From the NCBI GenBank assembly GCA_965222615.1, contig CBDCUI010000008.1, positions 64,001 to 128,000 of the forward strand: a stretch of DNA of 64,000 nucleotides, given 5' to 3'. Position numbers and translations under genes: made by a program. Positions within the stretch are counted from its first letter, which is position 1; every line of letters starts with the position of its first letter. The notes under the pieces were generated by a model. That model was not told the DNA's origin. It did no database searches and saw nothing but the letters and a program-made list of their open reading frames with translations. Origin of the DNA: Gammaproteobacteria bacterium. Lineage in GTDB: Bacteria > Pseudomonadota > Gammaproteobacteria > UBA4575. This document shows, piece after piece, positions 58,516-64,000 of the stretch.

Positions 58516-60969
58516 TTAGCTAGCAAATTTCAATATGTCGCTTTGCGAAGGGTCACGGTTTAAAACTTCGTTCAGAGTCATTGGGCTACTTATTGCATAG
58601 CCTTGGACATAATCTATACCAATATCTTCTAAGGTATGTAAGATCTCTTCAGATTCCACATATTCTGCAATAGTTTGGATACGCATTAGCTTGGCTATTT
58701 TGTGTAATGAGTAAACCATTTCGTAATCAATAGGATTAGTATCAATCTCACGTATAAAGATGCCATCAATTTTGACGAAATCTACTGGCAAGTGCTTAAG
58801 AATTTCAAATGAAGAGAAACCGGTTCCGAAATCGTCAAGAGCGAATTTGCACCCAAGTTTACGCAGGCGCGTTATAAAGTTATTGGCTTCAGGTAAATTG
58901 GAGACGGCAACTGTTTCTGTAACTTCAAAGCAAATTTTTTCAGCCGGTACAGCACAATTTTCAAATTCTGAAATAACAAATTTTAAAAATTGAGGTTCAC
59001 ATAATGTAGCAGCAGATATATTTATAGATAACATTTTTATTTTTTCATACAGCTCACTGTGTTCGCTTAATTTTTTAATACATGCTTTAAATACCCAACG
59101 GTCAATCTTGTTTATTAGATTATAACGTTCAGCTGTCGGTAAAAATCTATTTGGTGTAATAAGAGAATTGTTTTCATTAAACATGCGAATAAGGATTTCA
59201 TAATGATCCCATTCTTTTGTGTTTTTTGGTGTAGTGATTGGCTGAAACAACAATGTGAACTCATCATTTTCTAAGGCATGATTAATATGAACATACGATC
59301 GCGAATCTGAGCGCTGATGATTCATTTCGGTATCATCCAGACTATAGATGCGTATTTGGCTGGTATTAGAACGTTTTACTGCGCGGCAAGCATTATCTGC
59401 AGTTTGCAAGATTTTATCTACATTGCTAGTTTTTGCATCAATTGCAACAAGCCCTAAGCTTGCTCCTACTTTAAAGACGCTATCATTCCAACGAAATGAA
59501 AATTTCTCAATATTCGTTTGTATTTTGTCTGCAACTTGTTTAGCTTCGTCAATCGAAATATTTTCTAATAAAATTGCAAATTCATCTCCGCCTAGACGTG
59601 CAACATAATCGTCCTTACGTACGGCTTGTCTCATAACATTACCTATTTGGCGTAATAAATTATCGCCAGCATTGTGTCCACAGGTATCGTTTATTACTTT
59701 GAAGCGATCGAGATCGATATAACACAACACATGCGCTCCACGCGTTTCTTCGCACGATTTAACAATTTTATCAAGATGTATTTCAAATGCCCTACGGTTT
59801 TTCAAGTTTGTTAATGAGTCATGGCTAGCGTGATAAGTTAACCTGTCTTCTGTCCAAGTACGTTTGATTGCCGCGCCAATTATTGCCGCAACTGTTTTTA
59901 GAACGTCAACTTCTTCAGATTTCCAGTCTCGATTTCTTCGACATTCGTCAAAGCATATAAATCCCCACCATTCTGAGCCAACAAATATAGGTACAGCTAT
60001 TAATGACTGTATATTTATTGATGCTAATATTTTTTGCTCATCTTTTGGGAAGGCATCAATGCTGCCAAATACCACATTACCTGCAGCTAGGCTACTTTCC
60101 CATCTTTGTAGATTCAGTTGACGATATGAAATAGAGAGGGTGTCATATTCATATTCAGGCGCACTAGAGGAAGACCATCTAAATCTAGAATGTGTAGTAT
60201 TGTATTTGAGGTTCTCATCCTGTGAATTCTCGAAAATTTGTATACGACTGACGTCAATGGCGTTACCTAAATTATCTAAAAGTTCAGGTATAGCTAGTTC
60301 CCAAGAGTCTTCAAGTAATCTTTCTGAAGTATCAGCAATAACACGAAGTATATTTTTTTGCTTATTTATTTCTTTATTTTTATCCTGTTCAGTAATAACG
60401 CTTATAAAATTTTTGCTAATAATACGGTTAAGCTTAAATACACTGCCCAGCATATATAAAAGGAACAGTGACAGCCCAAGCGCTATATCCCTATGCGCTT
60501 CACTGTAAAATGAAAAGTATAAAATAATCGGTAGCATTGCAGATGCAGAGAAACTAAAGTATGCAATTTTTAAAACAGAATATAATCCTATAGCACCTGC
60601 AACAATAGCGCATACCCATAGTGTGTTTACTCCCATGTAAACTAAGTTATCCAGCGGAACTAAATAAAGAACGGAAAATCCCCACAGAAGCCCAGAAGTG
60701 GCAAGACCTATATACAACAAAGCGAGCCAGGTGAAGGAGTTAAGCGCAATGTCGGGGTATTTTTTGTAATAAAGGATGTGCAAGAAGCGTATACCGCTTA
60801 CCAGGACTACAGCTGTAAACCAGGTGATAAGTCTATGAGCTGGTGAGATTCCCCATAAAAGTAAAAGCAAAGGCAAGGTAGCTAAAGTAGTGGCTGCAAT
60901 ACCTGAGGTTGTCTGTTGTATTAACAGTTTTAGCTTTGCTGCACGTAGTGACTGCTGAATATCTTCCAT
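58516..60969 (-). CDS. Membrane-GAF-GGDEF-EAL c-di-GMP enzyme
   Basis: Multiple TMs, GAF (SLIAVPI..WWGFI), RLGGDEF, YEILIR and DDFGTG. Confidence 0.9.
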   Translation of the reverse strand: MEDIQQSLRAAKLKLLIQQTTSGIAATTLATLPLLLLLWGISPAHRLITWFTAVVLVSGIRFLHILYYKKYPDIALNSFTWLALLYIGLATSGLLWGFSVLYLVPLDNLVYMGVNTLWVCAIVAGAIGLYSVLKIAYFSFSASAMLPIILYFSFYSEAHRDIALGLSLFLLYMLGSVFKLNRIISKNFISVITEQDKNKEINKQKNILRVIADTSERLLEDSWELAIPELLDNLGNAIDVSRIQIFENSQDENLKYNTTHSRFRWSSSSAPEYEYDTLSISYRQLNLQRWESSLAAGNVVFGSIDAFPKDEQKILASINIQSLIAVPIFVGSEWWGFICFDECRRNRDWKSEEVDVLKTVAAIIGAAIKRTWTEDRLTYHASHDSLTNLKNRRAFEIHLDKIVKSCEETRGAHVLCYIDLDRFKVINDTCGHNAGDNLLRQIGNVMRQAVRKDDYVARLGGDEFAILLENISIDEAKQVADKIQTNIEKFSFRWNDSVFKVGASLGLVAIDAKTSNVDKILQTADNACRAVKRSNTSQIRIYSLDDTEMNHQRSDSRSYVHINHALENDEFTLLFQPITTPKNTKEWDHYEILIRMFNENNSLITPNRFLPTAERYNLINKIDRWVFKACIKKLSEHSELYEKIKMLSINISAATLCEPQFLKFVISEFENCAVPAEKICFEVTETVAVSNLPEANNFITRLRKLGCKFALDDFGTGFSSFEILKHLPVDFVKIDGIFIREIDTNPIDYEMVYSLHKIAKLMRIQTIAEYVESEEILHTLEDIGIDYVQGYAISSPMTLNEVLNRDPSQSDILKFAS

Positions 60970-61228
60970 GACGAATAAATGTGATGCAGAGATTTCTTAT
61001 TAGAGTCAATTGCAAGTGTAAATTTCTATAACTGCATGACTTTACACGGTTTTTTAGTCTCGCAGTGTTTATATAGATAAATGCTCGGAGATATCGGATG
61101 AAGCGCAAAAAATAACGAGTTTAGGAGGATTGACCCTTGTCATTAACAACTATTTATTTTATTTGTTTGGTCCTATAAAGAACCTAGTCTATTAATAAGC
61201 TAAATAGGTATTCGAGAATGAAGTAAGG

Positions 61229-62458
61229 TTATCGATTCATTTTAATTCTACTTAATATATTAGTTGCAACCATGCCTATGATGGCAAAGAAAGTGAGCAG
61301 CAAGAAAAAATTCTGATGGCCTTGTACGCCTGGCGTTGCATCGAGCAAGCGGCCTGCGATGGGGTAGAAAAAAATATCTGGTGTGAAGCCAATTATAGAA
61401 ATTAGACCTACAGCTGTGCCTGTTATGGGGGCAGCAATACTAGTTTCTTCTAATAATGCAAAGTAGATACCACGGATTGCAAATACTGCAACAAATGTAA
61501 TAATCAGGTTGAGATAAATGATGTAGAGTAATGAGGTAGATGGAGATAATAAGGCAAGCACGCCATAGCTTATGATTAATAGTAGAAAAGAAATTTTGAT
61601 AACTTTGCTAGCTAAGAACTCATCTGCAAGAAAACCTGCAGCAATTGCTGCTATAGGACGAAGATAAGCAGCAATGGAAGTAAATTGTGCGGATTCTACT
61701 TCATTCATGCCTAGTATCTCGACTGCATAGAGCGCATAGTTATCAAGACCTTTATAGCCACTGTAAGCACAAATGACGATAATGGCCTGTAACCAAACAA
61801 CACGTTGGCGCCATACCTTACCTATGCCGAATAATGGTGATGTAGTGGATTTTAATGGTTGATCATGATGGTTTGGTATTAACCACCAGACTAATATAGC
61901 TGCTAAAAAAGTCATTACACTATAAGTATAAATAACCGCAGCTAATGCTTGACTACGTTGTAACTCTGAAGCGCTTTCTATTTCGCTGGGTAACAACATA
62001 CCGAATATAAGCACAGTAATTGAAGCAGCACTTGCTGCGACCAATCCTCGGCCGCCATCAAGAAAACCAAAGGCACGCCCTTGCAGTAATCTACCACCCC
62101 ATTCTCGCGTAGCACGAATTAAAGCCGCCCAAAATAATAAAATTGAAGTAATCCCCCAATAGGCAAACAACATCGACAAACCTAATTGATTTGGAAACTG
62201 TGCCATATATAGGCCACCTATTGTGGTGGCTAACAATGACAGCGCAAGTAAGGTTCGTGCTGAAAAATGATCAGCAATTACGCCACCGGGAAAATACGAT
62301 AGCATTGCAGTAATTCCATATATTGCAAAGATATCTCCAAGTGTGGCGTTAGAAAGATTAAATACATCGAGTACAGTTGGGCGATAAAAACGCGCTACAT
62401 GAAATGGTAGACTGAATATCATCTCGCCAGCAAGAACTAGGCAAAAGATTATCATCAA
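61229..62458 (-). CDS. MFS transporter (start may extend to 62479)
   Basis: About 12 TMs; GGVIADHFSAR motif A and AGFLAD. Confidence 0.85.
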   Translation of the reverse strand: MMIIFCLVLAGEMIFSLPFHVARFYRPTVLDVFNLSNATLGDIFAIYGITAMLSYFPGGVIADHFSARTLLALSLLATTIGGLYMAQFPNQLGLSMLFAYWGITSILLFWAALIRATREWGGRLLQGRAFGFLDGGRGLVAASAASITVLIFGMLLPSEIESASELQRSQALAAVIYTYSVMTFLAAILVWWLIPNHHDQPLKSTTSPLFGIGKVWRQRVVWLQAIIVICAYSGYKGLDNYALYAVEILGMNEVESAQFTSIAAYLRPIAAIAAGFLADEFLASKVIKISFLLLIISYGVLALLSPSTSLLYIIYLNLIITFVAVFAIRGIYFALLEETSIAAPITGTAVGLISIIGFTPDIFFYPIAGRLLDATPGVQGHQNFFLLLTFFAIIGMVATNILSRIKMNR

Positions 62459-62818
62459 CCGATGTTTGTTTTGATTAATGTTTAACTCCCAGTTAGAAGT
62501 TTTTGCTTTTCAAAGTTCAAGCTATAGTTTAGTGATGATCCTAGCTAATCAATAGCGAATATCTATATTTTATTGGGCATATTGTCATTACGAAGATAGC
62601 TTGATTTGCTTGTCAAGCTTAGCGTTTAGACGGTTTTTAGTACTAATGCATCTTAAGTTATTCTCTTATCGATAGTTTTTAAACTTAACCACTAATCTCA
62701 TATATCTATCCGTTTAGTATTGAAGCTAAAGCGTTTCATATTTTTTACACATTTTTTGCGACTTAGATTCTATTAGTTTTGTCAAACTAACAAGTACCAA
62801 AACATGGAGAACGGTATT

Positions 62819-63139
62819 ATGAATAAGATTAAACTTATTGGGCCTATAGTGGTTGGGTTGGCTACATTAATACTTTCTGCCCAATCACATGCAGATAGCA
62901 GAGTGTTTGGCAACCTGGGCATTGAGGATGCACCTTGGAGCATTCTTATTGGTTACAATGATTATGGCAGACATTACTACGAGCCACGTCGTGTAGAGCA
63001 TCACCATTATTACCATAAACCACGTCATAAGTATCGTAAACATAAACGACATCATAAAAGACATCATCGTGGCCATGCTTATGGTCACTATAAACACCGA
63101 CCATATAACTATTCTCGTAGAACTTATTGCCCTTATTAA
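62819..63139 (+). CDS. Exported His/Lys/Arg/Tyr-rich small protein
   Basis: GGAG SD, signal peptide ending SHA, and a His-rich tail. Confidence 0.65.
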   Translation: MNKIKLIGPIVVGLATLILSAQSHADSRVFGNLGIEDAPWSILIGYNDYGRHYYEPRRVEHHHYYHKPRHKYRKHKRHHKRHHRGHAYGHYKHRPYNYSRRTYCPY

Positions 63140-63159
63140 TTCAGAGTAGAAACGAAGTC

Positions 63160-63189
63160 AGCGCCATCTTTTTGGATGGCGCTATTTTT
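63160..63189 (+). terminator. Terminator
   Basis: AGCGCCATC / GATGGCGCT stem followed by a T run. Confidence 0.75.
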
Positions 63190-63274
63190 ATAAGCAGGGA
63201 AGCTTAGTTCATGTGCACGATAAAAATTCCTATCGTGTTTGCACTGAGTTTAGAGAGAGGCTAGTAAAAATACT

Positions 63275-63871
63275 TCAAGCTGCCTTATTAATATTATAAT
63301 CACGTAATGAATTTAATACTGCAGATTTGATTTCTGGCACTGCATAAATTTGCCTAGCAGTTATTCTTATTAATGGAAAGCTTGCGCTTTCACATGCTTC
63401 ATTTAAAAATTTATCGCGCTTAGCTCTAGTGGCGCGATCATGACTACTATCATCTAGTTCTATTGCAGCGATAATCTCAAATTGATTGGGGCTACAAAGC
63501 ACAAAATCAAAATGTTTTGCAGAGATCTTATTAAATGCACTTTGCCACGCGCTTTTACTTAACCCTTTTGCTGGCCGCAAAATATCAGCAACACGTACTT
63601 TTGTAAGGATAAAGAATTGATCACCAAGGCCTTGCAGTAACACCCTGTAGAAAGTTTGTTCGGTTTTGGAAAGAATAAAGCGATTACTGCGATAAGAGAT
63701 TACTGGGAGATCTGACAATGGTAGATTTGCACTGGGTTCAAGTCTTGTAGCGTTAGAGATTGTTCTTTTGCCTAGCTTAATTTCAGCTTTTTTAGCACGT
63801 TGCTTAGCAATTAGTTTAATCAATATTGCGCCAAGTAGCGCCAATGCACCGATTACATATCCTTCCATCAC
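63275..63871 (-). CDS. DUF2726 domain protein
   Basis: LSKTEQ.FY..L, KVRVAD, KHFDFVLC, IELDDSSH and RDKF. Confidence 0.85.
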   Translation of the reverse strand: MMEGYVIGALALLGAILIKLIAKQRAKKAEIKLGKRTISNATRLEPSANLPLSDLPVISYRSNRFILSKTEQTFYRVLLQGLGDQFFILTKVRVADILRPAKGLSKSAWQSAFNKISAKHFDFVLCSPNQFEIIAAIELDDSSHDRATRAKRDKFLNEACESASFPLIRITARQIYAVPEIKSAVLNSLRDYNINKAA

Positions 63872-64000
63872 AAACCTCGACTCTTCTCGAAGCGAATATA
63901 TTGCTTCAGATCAGAAAAGCACAGAGAGATTTTCTGATAACTGTTTGCGTAATGGGGCTGAATGGCGAAAGTCAGTAAATTAAGCTACCGGGGCAGGAAG

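Noticed and set aside
63980-64000. Possible 3' end of a - strand gene (LPAPVA*)
   Set aside because: Too short to support from this window.

Overview
AT-rich (by eye <40% GC) chromosomal window of a gammaproteobacterium. It carries housekeeping genes (PPi-type pfk, adk, pepN, fabA, dinB, aqpZ, bolA, tatD, glycerate kinase), a type IV minor-pilin cluster (fimU/T-pilVWXY1), two GGDEF-EAL proteins and many small accessory genes. I found no rRNA, tRNA, CRISPR array or transposase. The strongest candidate for an undescribed system is at 47274-48352 (- strand): a near-leaderless 49-codon leader ORF and competing hairpins/terminator (attenuator-like) precede two paralogous ~75-aa proteins and a basic ArfA-like protein whose mRNA has a hairpin inside its 3' coding region. 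Together these suggest a translation-stress/ribosome-rescue operon. Other notable items are: an AlkB/XylM-type diiron monooxygenase with a His-to-Gln change and very unusual codon usage, divergent from a CarH-like regulator that lacks the photosensory motif; a cytoplasmic Mo-bisPGD enzyme paired with an FAD/NAD reductase fused to a C-terminal 4Fe-4S ferredoxin; a nucleotidyltransferase plus BrnA-like RHH module with a perfect operator palindrome; and two related families of TA-bounded 130-160 bp palindromic MITE-like repeats. All functional calls come from motif recognition by eye; no database searches were run.
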